The notes: generated by a model from the letters alone, not told the origin. A stretch of DNA of 64,000 nt from Candidatus Gastranaerophilales bacterium (GCA_028693235.1 JAQUVW010000003.1:182069-246068), one strand, 5' to 3'. Positions 9,139 through 19,982 are shown, numbered from the stretch's first letter. Numbers and translations: made by a program.

Positions 9139-10852
9139 ATATTTTCTCCATTGCGTTAATTAGTTCATTAACATCGTGCAAAACAGTTTTTGCACCTTTT
9201 TTCATAAGGTCAGATTTCAACAAATCAGATTTATCTTGAGGAGGCAAAACCCCTACCCCATAGACATTTGCAGACTCTGCACAAATCATATCATCAACTG
9301 TATCGCCTATATAAAATATTTCATTGGCAAGTATTTTATTTTTTATAATCTCAACACCATTAGGTTTTGGCTTTTGACAATCGATAGGCAAGTCGTCCAT
9401 TGTCACAATCGGGAAAAACAAATTTTCCATTCCGTTTTTCTTTAGAGCAAAAAAAGCTTCTTGCCTCGGGCGACCTGTAAATACGGCAAAATTACACATT
9501 TCATTAAGTTTCGCCAAAACTGCTTTATCAATCAACAGTTCTTCGTTGTTTATAAACCCTTTACCTTCAGCCCAATAAAAATCTTGAAATTTTTCTATGA
9601 GTTTTGTTTTTTCAATATTTATAGCGTTTTTTTGAAGCAAATACTCAGTCAAATCCCAATCATTATTAAGACCGCCAAGATTTTTAGCTTGTTGAATTTC
9701 TTCAAATGATATTTCTTTTTCTGCAAAAAATTCAAATGTTTTTTTAACAGCCAATCGATAAGACTGACCAGCATCAATCAAAACGCCGTCCATATCAAAA
9801 ATCACAACTCGTTGTTTTTTTAATTTGTGAACAACTTTTTGAGCGAGTTCCGGTTGTGGAGCAGTCACCCTGAGTGCATTTTTCAAAAAGCCATTGGTCC
9901 AATGTTTAACTTTTATGCCGTCTTTTTCCAAATTTTTCGCAATATAATCAGCTTTTTCGCCACACTCTACATATATAAAATTGGCACTTGAAGGATAGAC
10001 TTTCATTCCGATAGAAGAAAAACCTTCCGCTAATATTTCTCTTGATTTTATAATTTCTTTTTTTACTTTTTCAAATCTGTCCAAATCACTTAAAGCAGCA
10101 CAGCCCGCTATTGTAGCAATATTATTGACACTATAAGGGCTAACAACTTTTTTTAAATCCGCTATGTTTTTCTCGTTTGAAATAATATAGCCAAGTCTTA
10201 ATCCAGCTAAGGCAAAATCTTTTGAAAAAGACTTAACAAGCAAAATATTGTCATAATTATGAACAAAATTCTTGTAACTTGTTTCGCAATAATTACCATA
10301 AGTTTCATCAATCAAAACGACTTTATCTTTAGATGCCTCAAGGATTTTTTCCATATCAGATTGACAAATCGCCTCTCCTGTCGGATTATTAGGCGTTGTC
10401 AAATAGACAATCCTTACATCATTAGTTGTCAATTCTTTCAAAAAATCATCTATCGGAAATTTCCATTTCTTTTTATAAGGAACTTCTATAAGCTTTCCGC
10501 CCAAGATATTTGAATAAATAATAGGCATTGCAAATGTTGGAGTAACTGTCAAAACTATATCATTTTTATCGAGATAAGTTTGAAAAACAGAATATATAGC
10601 CTCATCAGCACCGTTTGTAACTTTAATATTATCAATATTAAAACCTGTGTAATCAGCTATTTTTTGGGATATTTCGCCATAAAAAGGATAGAAACAAATA
10701 TCCTCCGGAGCAACATTCTTTATCGCTTCTAAAACCTTGGGCGAGGGTCCATATAAATTTTCATTTGAATCAATTTTAAGGTTCCACTCCTTAGTAAAGA
10801 GCGGAACCTCATAAGCTTGCATATTTTCAATTGATTTTTTCGGTTTAATCAT
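9128..10852 (-). CDS. hisC: Fusion protein: histidinol-phosphate aminotransferase (N) + HAD-superfamily phosphatase (C)
   Basis: N-half: KIDSNENLYGPSP and PLP-lysine motif SFSKDFALAGLRLGY; C-half: HAD motif I VVIFDMDGVLID and motif IV YIGDTVDDM; 11-nt overlap with hisB. Confidence 0.85.
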   Translation of the reverse strand: MIKPKKSIENMQAYEVPLFTKEWNLKIDSNENLYGPSPKVLEAIKNVAPEDICFYPFYGEISQKIADYTGFNIDNIKVTNGADEAIYSVFQTYLDKNDIVLTVTPTFAMPIIYSNILGGKLIEVPYKKKWKFPIDDFLKELTTNDVRIVYLTTPNNPTGEAICQSDMEKILEASKDKVVLIDETYGNYCETSYKNFVHNYDNILLVKSFSKDFALAGLRLGYIISNEKNIADLKKVVSPYSVNNIATIAGCAALSDLDRFEKVKKEIIKSREILAEGFSSIGMKVYPSSANFIYVECGEKADYIAKNLEKDGIKVKHWTNGFLKNALRVTAPQPELAQKVVHKLKKQRVVIFDMDGVLIDAGQSYRLAVKKTFEFFAEKEISFEEIQQAKNLGGLNNDWDLTEYLLQKNAINIEKTKLIEKFQDFYWAEGKGFINNEELLIDKAVLAKLNEMCNFAVFTGRPRQEAFFALKKNGMENLFFPIVTMDDLPIDCQKPKPNGVEIIKNKILANEIFYIGDTVDDMICAESANVYGVGVLPPQDKSDLLKSDLMKKGAKTVLHDVNELINAMEKIYEI

Positions 10853-10887
10853 AGTTGAATTATACTACAAATCACATTTTTCTGTAA

Positions 10888-11631
10888 TTAGTATTTTTCA
10901 GCAGTAAACTCAGCGTTTACGGCAGCTTTAACTTTAATCTTGCCTGCTTCAATCGGAGTATTTGTAACAGAAGCCATTTCGGCACCATTAGCTCTCAACA
11001 TTGAAGAAAAAGAAACATTGCTGGAATATTGAACACTTGAACTTGTTTGAGCACTTTTCAAGCCTGTTATTTTCATATTCATTGATTTTGCAACAGTATT
11101 TGCTTGTTCTTGAGCTTTTTTCATAACCTCCGGATACAAATCGTTACATAAATTTTGTTCATTTTCTAATCTAAAAGCCAAGCTATCCATACGGTTTGCA
11201 CCTTTTGCAACTGCCAAATCGATTAACTCACCTACTTTTTTAACCTCTTTTGTTTTTATTTTTACAGAATTCATAACTGTATATGAATTTACTGTACGTT
11301 TATCATCTTTTCCGTAGTTATAATTAGGTTGCACTGAAAATTGGCTGGTTGTAATAGTATCTCCGCCTTGAAGATTCAATTTTGCTTTCAAAGCATCTAC
11401 GACTTGAGATACTGCCACTTTATTTTTTGCTGTAGCATCTGCTACTGTTTTTGCAGTCGTTTCAACAGCAAAAGACATTTCAGCTGAATTTGGGTCAACA
11501 TCCTTCGTAGCAGAGCTGCTTACTGATATAACGCCAACATTCTTTACCGGAGGGCAATTAGCTGCGTCAGCATATTGATTTGCACAAAAGGCAAACAAGC
11601 ACAACATTGCTGTAGTCAATAATTTTTTCAT
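10888..11631 (-). CDS. Secreted SIMPL/DUF541-like protein
   Basis: Signal peptide MKKLLTTAMLCLFAFCANQYADA; ISVSSSATKDVDPNSAEMSFAVE pattern typical of the SIMPL family. Confidence 0.55.
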   Translation of the reverse strand: MKKLLTTAMLCLFAFCANQYADAANCPPVKNVGVISVSSSATKDVDPNSAEMSFAVETTAKTVADATAKNKVAVSQVVDALKAKLNLQGGDTITTSQFSVQPNYNYGKDDKRTVNSYTVMNSVKIKTKEVKKVGELIDLAVAKGANRMDSLAFRLENEQNLCNDLYPEVMKKAQEQANTVAKSMNMKITGLKSAQTSSSVQYSSNVSFSSMLRANGAEMASVTNTPIEAGKIKVKAAVNAEFTAEKY

Positions 11632-11637
11632 AGTTAC

Positions 11638-12048
11638 CTACTTTCTAATCTCGTCTAAGGAGTCTGATTTGTCGTTATTTTCTACTTTTTTTTCTTCATT
11701 TTTAATATTTTTAGGCATATTTACGGGATTAGGAGCATTAGCTTTTACTCGCTCCATAATATCTTTTATTTGCTCTTCATTTAATGCAGGGTGTGAAGAA
11801 ACACCGATTAAAGGATGGTTGTTATTTATAGCATAAACAGTCAGTGCAACTATTGCCCACAAAATAACGCCGTGGACTAAGTGCATAGAGGGCATTGTAT
11901 AAAAGAAAGAAGCACAATAATTCCACAAGTGCATAAACACCCACCCGGGAAAAATCAAAAAGCCTGCAACCAAACAACCTATAACAAATATCGCAGTCAA
12001 AACGCCTCTAAAGCCATTTATCTTTATAACTTTAAAATTCTTATTCAT
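11638..12048 (-). CDS. Small membrane protein, function unknown
   Basis: 136 aa, two to three hydrophobic helices, charged C-terminal tail. Confidence 0.45.
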   Translation of the reverse strand: MNKNFKVIKINGFRGVLTAIFVIGCLVAGFLIFPGWVFMHLWNYCASFFYTMPSMHLVHGVILWAIVALTVYAINNNHPLIGVSSHPALNEEQIKDIMERVKANAPNPVNMPKNIKNEEKKVENNDKSDSLDEIRK

Positions 12049-12054
12049 CTTACC

Positions 12055-14058
12055 TCAACCACTTACGAGCTCATTAAATTCTTGCTCATTTAATATTATA
12101 ATACCTAAAGCGGTAGCTTTGTCAAATTTCGACCCGGGATTTTCGCCGGCTACAACATACGAAGTCTTTTTACTTACACTGCTTGAGAGTTTTCCGCCTT
12201 GAGATTTTATAACTTCTTCGAAATCAGAACGAGGCTTTGAAAGAGTACCTGTTATGACAAAAGTTTTACCATTAAATTTGTCAGACAATTTTTGAACTGA
12301 TGTTCCCTCAGGTTTCACGCCATAGGCTTCAAGTTTTTGTAATATTTCTTGATTTCTATCATCAGAAAAATAATCGATTACACTTTTTGCAACTTTTTCG
12401 CCAACACCATCTATTGCTGTCAAATCAGTTAGAGAAGCTTTTTTAAGCAATTCCAACGTAGGAAATTCTTCAGCGATAAGATCTCCTGTTTCTTTGCCCA
12501 CCAGTTTTATACTCAAAGCAGTTAAAAACCTGCTTAAAGGTCTATGTTTACTATTTTCAATGGAGGCTAAAAGGTTGTTTGCTGATTTTTCTTTTATCAA
12601 ATCCAGAGAAATCAATTGTTCTTTTGTCAAAGTATAAATATCAGAAACATCTTTGACCAATCCTTTATCATAAAGCTGTTCAACAATAGATTCGCCCATT
12701 CCGTCAATATCCATACCGTCTTTTGACGCCCAATATTCGATTCTGCCTTTTACCTGAGCAGGGCAACCCCAATAATTTGAGCAATATATATTAACTTCGC
12801 CTTCAGGTTTTACCAAACTCGTTCCACAAATAGGACAAGTTTGTGGAATTGTGCACTCAGTTGCCTCACGATTGGAGTCACAAGCGACTATTTTCGGTAT
12901 AATTTCAGCTGCTTTTTTTACTAAAACCTTATCTCCGACATTCACCTTTAATCTGCAAACTTCATCAAAATTATGGATACTCGCACGTTTCACAGTGGTT
13001 CCGGCAAGTTGAACAGGCGTCAAATTAGCAACAGGAGTCACAACGCCTGTTTTCCCAACTGAGAACTCGATACTTTCAACAGTAGACCAAATTTCCTCAG
13101 GCGGAAACTTGAACGCAGTAGCCCACTTTGGAGCCCTTGCAGTGAACCCAAGTTCATTTTGTTTATGCAAATCATTGACTTTTACAACAACTCCATCCGT
13201 TGCGTAATCAAGCTTCTTTCGAGATTCGCCGATATCTTCACAATACTCTATAACAGGCTCAATCCCTTTTTGAGAAACCAAATTCAAATCATTCACACTA
13301 AATCCTAAATCTTTCAGCAATTGCAAAGTTTCGTAATGAGATTTTATTTCTGGCATATCTATCAAAACTGCCGCATAGCCCCAAAAATGTAAATCTCTCT
13401 GTTCTGTAATATTTGCGTCAAGTTGCCTCAAAGACCCGGCTGCAGCATTCCGAGGATTTGCAAATTCTTTTTTTCCTAAATTCCTCTGAATTTCATTTAT
13501 TCTATTAAAAGATGATACGGGCATATAGACTTCGCCCCTCACCTCTATATCAACAGGGCGTGTAAGCTTGTGGGGAATACCTTTTACCCTTTTTATATTT
13601 TCAGTAATATTCTCCCCTACAGCACCGTCACCTCGAGTCGCCCCAAGAACTAACTCGCCTTTTTCATAACTCAACGCAACTGCCAATCCATCAATCTTTA
13701 ACTCCGCAACCAATTCGGTATTGTTCTCTTGAGGATATTCTTTCTTGACTTTTTCATACCATTTAGAAAGCTCGTCATAACTGTTTGAATTGTCTAAGCT
13801 ATACAATCTATACTTATGTTTAACAGGCGGAAGTTTTTCAGAAATACCTCCACCGACTTTTTGTGTCGGACTGTCTTTTGTCAACAAATCAGGGAAAAGA
13901 CCCTCTAGCTTTTTCAACTCGCGAAACAAAGCATCATATTGTGCGTCAGTAATTTCCGGCGTATCCTTTTTATAATATGCCTCGTTGTGATATTTTATCT
14001 CTTTTTTTAATTCATCTATACGATTTTTAGCGTCAAGCTTGTCGTTTTCAGTTGTCAT
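12055..14058 (-). CDS. ligA: NAD-dependent DNA ligase
   Basis: 667 aa; adenylation motif ELKIDGLA, four-Cys zinc finger, HhH and C-terminal BRCT-like region. Confidence 0.95.
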   Translation of the reverse strand: MTTENDKLDAKNRIDELKKEIKYHNEAYYKKDTPEITDAQYDALFRELKKLEGLFPDLLTKDSPTQKVGGGISEKLPPVKHKYRLYSLDNSNSYDELSKWYEKVKKEYPQENNTELVAELKIDGLAVALSYEKGELVLGATRGDGAVGENITENIKRVKGIPHKLTRPVDIEVRGEVYMPVSSFNRINEIQRNLGKKEFANPRNAAAGSLRQLDANITEQRDLHFWGYAAVLIDMPEIKSHYETLQLLKDLGFSVNDLNLVSQKGIEPVIEYCEDIGESRKKLDYATDGVVVKVNDLHKQNELGFTARAPKWATAFKFPPEEIWSTVESIEFSVGKTGVVTPVANLTPVQLAGTTVKRASIHNFDEVCRLKVNVGDKVLVKKAAEIIPKIVACDSNREATECTIPQTCPICGTSLVKPEGEVNIYCSNYWGCPAQVKGRIEYWASKDGMDIDGMGESIVEQLYDKGLVKDVSDIYTLTKEQLISLDLIKEKSANNLLASIENSKHRPLSRFLTALSIKLVGKETGDLIAEEFPTLELLKKASLTDLTAIDGVGEKVAKSVIDYFSDDRNQEILQKLEAYGVKPEGTSVQKLSDKFNGKTFVITGTLSKPRSDFEEVIKSQGGKLSSSVSKKTSYVVAGENPGSKFDKATALGIIILNEQEFNELVSG

Positions 14059-14104
14059 GATTGTATAATTATTCTATGTATTACTATAAAAAAATATTAG
14101 GTCT

Positions 14105-15472
14105 ATGAGCATTATAAAATTAATTAAAAATTACGGCAAGAAAAAAAGGTTATTATTTACAACACCATCACATAACCAAGGAATTTTTATCCCCCCTAAA
14201 TGTAAAAATCTTTTGGGCGAAAAATATTTCAAATCCGACTACTCCGAAATTGAAGGCTTTGACAACCTCTCCGCCCCAACAGGAGCAATAAAAGAAGCAC
14301 AAAAAAAAGCTGCCCAAATATATGAAGCAGGTAACTCTTTTTTCTTAACAAACGGCTCAACATCAGGTATATTGGCTTCGATGATTGCCACTTTAGCACA
14401 AAATGATTCCGTTTTAATTGCAAGAAATTGTCACAAATCTATATACAGCGGGCTCGTTTTAACAGGTGCATACCCAATATGGCTCACGCCACAATTTGAC
14501 AAAGAATGGGGAATTTTCAAACCGATTAAATACACGGACGTTGAAAAAGCTCTAAACGAAAACCCGCAGATTAAAGTTTTTATAATGACAAATCCAAGCT
14601 ACGAGGGCGTTATATCTAACGTAAACAAAATCGCTGAAATTTGTAATGAAAAAAATGTAATCTTGATTGTCGACGAGGCCCACGGGGCTTTATGGAATTT
14701 TGACAAAACGATAGGAACTCCTGCTATTTATTCTAAAGCTGATATCACAATTCAATCTTTACATAAAACTGCAGGTGCAATCAATCCTGCGGCGATTATG
14801 CATTTGAGCTTTGACAGCAAGGTTCCATCTGAAAAAATCCAAAAAGCATTGAATTTGATTAACACAACATCACCCTCATATCCGCTCCTACTAGACATAG
14901 AATCTACTATAGACTTTCTTGGTTCGAAAGCAGGTAAAAAACAAATTGCAAAGTTAATCGACGAAATTGTAAAGTTCAAAAATGACTTGTCAAAACAGGA
15001 AAATCTGCACATCTACTACGACAACAACGATATAACTAAAATATTAGTCAAAATAGACGGGCTTTCAGGCTTTGAACTTTCTGACATCTTATTTAATAAA
15101 TACAAAATCGAAGATGAACTTGCAAATGACAAATCCGTTTTATTTTTGACCGGAATAGGAACAGACAAGAAAAAATTAACAAAATTAAAAAAAGCACTGG
15201 CTAAAATTAGCAAAAAAGCTCTTAAAGAAAATAAAATAATTGATGACAATTCAAATTATGTAAATATCGAGCCAAAGGTAGTTTTTGCCCCCGCAAATGT
15301 TTACAACCAAGACTCAATAGAATTTCAAAAAGAAGATGCTGTGGGAAAAATTGCAAACGAACTTATCGTAAATTATCCCCCAGGAATGCCGATTTTAATC
15401 CCGGGAGAATTGGTACAAGAAGCTCATCTTCCTTTTTTAAAAGATAAAGATACACTTAAAGTTTTGAACTAA
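14105..15472 (+). CDS. PLP-dependent Orn/Lys/Arg decarboxylase family protein
   Basis: 455 aa; PLP-lysine motif IQSLHKTAGA and DEAHGA motif typical of the fold-I basic amino-acid decarboxylases. Confidence 0.7.
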   Translation: MSIIKLIKNYGKKKRLLFTTPSHNQGIFIPPKCKNLLGEKYFKSDYSEIEGFDNLSAPTGAIKEAQKKAAQIYEAGNSFFLTNGSTSGILASMIATLAQNDSVLIARNCHKSIYSGLVLTGAYPIWLTPQFDKEWGIFKPIKYTDVEKALNENPQIKVFIMTNPSYEGVISNVNKIAEICNEKNVILIVDEAHGALWNFDKTIGTPAIYSKADITIQSLHKTAGAINPAAIMHLSFDSKVPSEKIQKALNLINTTSPSYPLLLDIESTIDFLGSKAGKKQIAKLIDEIVKFKNDLSKQENLHIYYDNNDITKILVKIDGLSGFELSDILFNKYKIEDELANDKSVLFLTGIGTDKKKLTKLKKALAKISKKALKENKIIDDNSNYVNIEPKVVFAPANVYNQDSIEFQKEDAVGKIANELIVNYPPGMPILIPGELVQEAHLPFLKDKDTLKVLN

Positions 15473-18400
15473 TCAGGAAGTTTATCTAAAAAGCTCGGAA
15501 CTTCACTATTCTCACGTCTGATAGAATGATATTGTTCAGGACTCGCCTCTGGTTTGAAAGTTTGAGGTTTAGGACGTGTTGAAGATTGAACCTCCGGCAA
15601 TTCACCATTTTTGCTCAACACTAACCATTTAAATGATTTAACTGATTTTACACTTTCAGCATTACCAATTATTTTAACAGTAAAATCTTTCGTCTTCAAC
15701 TGCGTTTTCGGCGTCAAATCAGGAATTTTTGCAATTGTCGATTGAGGAACAGCCAAATTATAATTGTTATAAAAAATATTTGGCAAAGAAACATTGTTTA
15801 ATTGAGGAATATTGCTTGCAATGTTAGCCAAAGACAACTGCCCCAATGGTCCCAAGACATTTGCAACTTCATGAGAAACCTTACCCAATATTTCAATATC
15901 AGCCCAATTATTAAGCATATTATATCGTCCTGACAGATACATGCTCATATTGGGACCCGATGAAACACATCTGTTTATTTTTGCATACCCGTCATAAAAC
16001 GATACATTCGCCTTTAAATATTTAACTCGTCCTGTATCTTTTGGAGCAACCGCCTGTGCTAGCAGATTAATCGTAGATTTCATAATACTTTGGGATATCA
16101 AATTTTGTGCATACAAGAAATGTTCAAACCGACCTAATGGGCCTAAATGAGCGTTATAAACTGCAATACTAGACGTTCCTGATAACGATTTAATCTTTTG
16201 TCTTTTATCAAGTCCGTACATATTAACATTTGAATAAAAATCCATTTTGCCTGAAATATCTGGCAATGATAAAAAAGCATTCCCCGCAGTTGCTGCATCT
16301 AAAGATTTTCCGCCCAGATTTAATTTCAAATTTGTACTTCTGAAATTATAATCAATATTTCCCCAAAAGCTTCCGCCATAAGCACTGCCTGTAACTTTTT
16401 GAAGCTTTAAATTATTATTATTCAAACTTAAATTCGTATTTATGTTTTGAGCCTTCACTCCATCTGCATGGAATTTCGAAATAACTGCACTTCCTGATTT
16501 TATTTGCAACGGAACATTCACCCTAGGGTATGCAACGTTATTAAACAGAGGTCCAAAAGTTTCCAAAATATCATCAATATCTAAATTGGGAGCATTGATT
16601 TTTACATTATTTACAACAATTTTCTTGCCTAAATGCGGCATTCCGTTTGCATTCAAGGAAACAAGCGTATTACCTATCTTTAAATAAGGAACTTTAACTA
16701 AAAAATTGTTATTATCAAATTCAGCTGTGCAATTTTGGACATTTATTTTTGACGCAGGCACATTAAAACGATAAACAAAAGCACTACCTTTGATTTTCGG
16801 ATTAAATAGAGAGCCATTCATTGCTACATCTGTTTTGAAAGAAATTTCAGACCCGGGAATACCAGCCACAGAAGCGGTTAAAGATTCGGGAACTACAACC
16901 TTTACACCATCTAAAACAGGATTTAAGAAATCAGACACCTTGCCTGAAACCATTACAATTCGCTTTGCTCCGGTCAAGTTTTTGGCAAAATCACTGCTCA
17001 ACTGAAAACTTTTGACATTATATAAAGAGCAGTCATTTATCGCTATTTTATTATGATTAATCTCTGCGTCAAGATTCAAAATCCCGGGCTTATTGAGCAT
17101 TTCCTTAATTACAAGAGCTGAAACGTAATTAGAAGAATCCGTTGCAAACTGCAATTTTACCCTTTGAGAATTAAAATTACCCTTCAATTCAGCTATAACA
17201 GGAAGTGTCCCCTTAATACCTGCCGGAAATTTTTTAACAGATGAAAGCGATTTATACAAATCAGTTGACTTGACTTTGCCATTAAGATTTAATTCAAACT
17301 TTGGCTCTTTGAAATTTTGTATTTCACCTTTAAAATTCGCCCCGGAATTTCCCCAAGTAAGCTCTGATGGGTTTATTACGGCTTTGTCCTTATCAAATTC
17401 AATCTCTGTTTTTCTCGATAAAATATTTGTTTTAAATTTACGAGAAAAAACAACAGAATTTGTTGTCTTGAGTGAGCCTGTTATTTTCTTCTTTTCATAT
17501 TTTACAACAGCATCACCTTGAGCAATTTTTATAGTAAAACCGTTCTTCAAATCTTCTATTTGCAATTTTTTTAATACAGAAGTTACATTAATATCAAACT
17601 GCGTCAACTTGCCTGATATTAAAGCATTAAAAGACAAACTGCCATTTTCTACTGAAAGTCCTTTGAGTTTGTATAAAAAAGCAAATTCGTTTAACAAATT
17701 TTTTATAGGTAAATTATTTGCCTTAACTAACATATTAACAACGGCATGAGAGTCTATATTTCCGGAAATATTTATTGGCGTGTTATTCAACAACGCCTTT
17801 GCTTGTTTGACATTAATTTCATTATTTTCAAAACTGATTCCCGCATTTGCCTGCGTAATTTTAAAAGGCGTATGCTTACTTAAAACCGAGCAGTTCAAAA
17901 TTTCGGCGTTACCACTTGATTCCATTCTTTTGAAATTACTTTTTATCCGAAAATCAAGATTAGCCAAACCGGAAATTTTATAATTTCTTAATTCGTTTTT
18001 AATATTAAAACTATCCAAAATTGCAATTGACAAATCTTCTAAATTTGCCAAATCCGCCCGCATTGCCTTGACGGTCAAATCAATATCCTTGTGTGAACCA
18101 AAGCTGATACTACCCTTTGCTAAAGCTTCATCAACCTGACTTGTCCTCAATAATGCATCTAATAAAACTTCTTTACCTGAAAATTTTAACTTAATTTTAT
18201 TACCGGAAAGTTTTCTCTCATCTATTTTAACCGCAAGATTGGTAAGTGCCATATCGCCGTCAATAAAAGGAATTTCTTTGTCCTCCCTTATTTTCAAATG
18301 AGCATAAACATCCGATTGAACCGCATATTTTTTTAAATTAAAAAAAGGACTGACTGTAAAAAAATGCCCCGATGGATTTTTCGTCAAAAAAGTGTCTATA

Positions 18401-19041
18401 TCCAAATCATAATTCAATATATTTGTGTCAGACTGTTTCAAAGTGCCTTTTGTCTTTAACTTAAGACTTTCATTTAATCTTAAATCGCTCAAAAATAAAG
18501 ACTCGCCTTGAAGCAAAAAAGGATGGAAAAAATTTACATCATTGATTTTTACCTTATATCTGCTCATCTTTATGTCAGGAATTGATTCATGCAAACTAAA
18601 AGCGAATTTTGTACCCGATTTTTTTTCTATAGGTTTAAAATATCTCTCAATAGAAGTCGAAGCGTCGGAATACATTGAAATTGAAGCTATAGGGCGAGTT
18701 AAAATAATTTTATTAATTTTAATTTTTCTTACAACCAACGGAATTACTTCGATTTTCGCATTTGCATCTTTGACTTTTAAAAAATTTGAACCGTTAGGAT
18801 AATCAACTTTTACATGATGCAAATATAAATTCAAATACGGACTGAACGCCATTTTTAAATCTATGTTTTCTGCACTGTAAGTAAAACCAGTAGTCTTATG
18901 AAGTTCATCAAAAATCACAGCCTTATACTTATTTACATCAAGAATTTGAGGTAAAACAATTAAAACAGCTGAATATACACCGACAAAAAAACAAATCGCT
19001 GAAGCAAACGCTGTAAATAAAAACTTTTTATTAATGTTCAT
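15469..19041 (-). CDS. AsmA/TamB-like large envelope-biogenesis protein
   Basis: ~1190 aa; single N-terminal TM anchor, then long beta-rich repetitive sequence; ATG 19041 preferred over the track TTG 19056; begins right after the atpG stop. Confidence 0.6.
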   Translation of the reverse strand: MNINKKFLFTAFASAICFFVGVYSAVLIVLPQILDVNKYKAVIFDELHKTTGFTYSAENIDLKMAFSPYLNLYLHHVKVDYPNGSNFLKVKDANAKIEVIPLVVRKIKINKIILTRPIASISMYSDASTSIERYFKPIEKKSGTKFAFSLHESIPDIKMSRYKVKINDVNFFHPFLLQGESLFLSDLRLNESLKLKTKGTLKQSDTNILNYDLDIDTFLTKNPSGHFFTVSPFFNLKKYAVQSDVYAHLKIREDKEIPFIDGDMALTNLAVKIDERKLSGNKIKLKFSGKEVLLDALLRTSQVDEALAKGSISFGSHKDIDLTVKAMRADLANLEDLSIAILDSFNIKNELRNYKISGLANLDFRIKSNFKRMESSGNAEILNCSVLSKHTPFKITQANAGISFENNEINVKQAKALLNNTPINISGNIDSHAVVNMLVKANNLPIKNLLNEFAFLYKLKGLSVENGSLSFNALISGKLTQFDINVTSVLKKLQIEDLKNGFTIKIAQGDAVVKYEKKKITGSLKTTNSVVFSRKFKTNILSRKTEIEFDKDKAVINPSELTWGNSGANFKGEIQNFKEPKFELNLNGKVKSTDLYKSLSSVKKFPAGIKGTLPVIAELKGNFNSQRVKLQFATDSSNYVSALVIKEMLNKPGILNLDAEINHNKIAINDCSLYNVKSFQLSSDFAKNLTGAKRIVMVSGKVSDFLNPVLDGVKVVVPESLTASVAGIPGSEISFKTDVAMNGSLFNPKIKGSAFVYRFNVPASKINVQNCTAEFDNNNFLVKVPYLKIGNTLVSLNANGMPHLGKKIVVNNVKINAPNLDIDDILETFGPLFNNVAYPRVNVPLQIKSGSAVISKFHADGVKAQNINTNLSLNNNNLKLQKVTGSAYGGSFWGNIDYNFRSTNLKLNLGGKSLDAATAGNAFLSLPDISGKMDFYSNVNMYGLDKRQKIKSLSGTSSIAVYNAHLGPLGRFEHFLYAQNLISQSIMKSTINLLAQAVAPKDTGRVKYLKANVSFYDGYAKINRCVSSGPNMSMYLSGRYNMLNNWADIEILGKVSHEVANVLGPLGQLSLANIASNIPQLNNVSLPNIFYNNYNLAVPQSTIAKIPDLTPKTQLKTKDFTVKIIGNAESVKSVKSFKWLVLSKNGELPEVQSSTRPKPQTFKPEASPEQYHSIRRENSEVPSFLDKLPD

Positions 19042-19056
19042 TGGCAAAACCCACAA

Positions 19057-19968
19057 CTACTTCAATGAATCAGCACCACTTACGACTTCTGTAATCTCTT
19101 GAGTAATTGCTGTTTGACGAGCTTTATTATAATCTACGGTCAATGTTCTAATCATTTCTTCCGCATTATTGCAAGCCGCAGACATCGCTGTCATTCTTGA
19201 CGCAAGCTCACTTGCAGTAGACTCTAACAAAGCTTGAAATATAGTATTTGCAACAAATAATGGTAAGGTTTTTTGCATAATTTGTGACAAACCTGGCTCA
19301 AAGTCCATTTCCAAATCAATATACCCTGCTTCCTTAGTCTTTTCAACTAAAGGCAAGATATGCCAATCTTCGACAGAATAAGACATCATATTTCTAAATC
19401 TGGTTGTGACAATATCGATAGAATCGATTTCTTTATCAATAAAAGACTTCGCAATGTCTTCCGCAATAACAGTAGCAGCAGCAGACGTAGGATCGGTGAA
19501 TTTTGTATAAGAAGTTAAAATTTCAAAATCCAAATCCTTCGGAGCATGTTTCAATGGTCCAAGCCCCTTTAATCCCACAACAAAAAGTTTGCACTTTTTA
19601 CCTTGCTCGTTATATTCCTTGATTTTTTTCAAAGTATGACGGACAACATTTGCATTAAAAGCACCTGCTAACCCTTTGTTGGAAGTAACAACTAAAAGCC
19701 CAACATTTTTTTGCTCTCTTTTTTCTAAAAGAGCGGGATAATTATCCAATGCGTTTTCGCCTGCATAATCCTTATCCATAAGGTAATTTAAAGAGCCTAA
19801 GAGCTTATATAGCATCTCGCCCAATTCTTTTGTAAAAGGACGGGATGCCTTAACTCTGTTTTCAGACTTTTTAACTTTTGCAGCAGCAACCATCTTCATT
19901 GCACGAGTAATCTTTTGAGTATTATTGATACTGCTTATTCTATCTCTTATGTTCTTTAAATTTGCCAT
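19057..19968 (-). CDS. atpG: F1 ATP synthase gamma subunit
   Basis: 303 aa; N-term MANLKNIRDRISSINNTQKITRAMKMVAAAK and C-term helix ITQEITEVVSGA are canonical. Confidence 0.95.
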   Translation of the reverse strand: MANLKNIRDRISSINNTQKITRAMKMVAAAKVKKSENRVKASRPFTKELGEMLYKLLGSLNYLMDKDYAGENALDNYPALLEKREQKNVGLLVVTSNKGLAGAFNANVVRHTLKKIKEYNEQGKKCKLFVVGLKGLGPLKHAPKDLDFEILTSYTKFTDPTSAAATVIAEDIAKSFIDKEIDSIDIVTTRFRNMMSYSVEDWHILPLVEKTKEAGYIDLEMDFEPGLSQIMQKTLPLFVANTIFQALLESTASELASRMTAMSAACNNAEEMIRTLTVDYNKARQTAITQEITEVVSGADSLK

Positions 19969-19982
19969 TTAATTATTACCTG

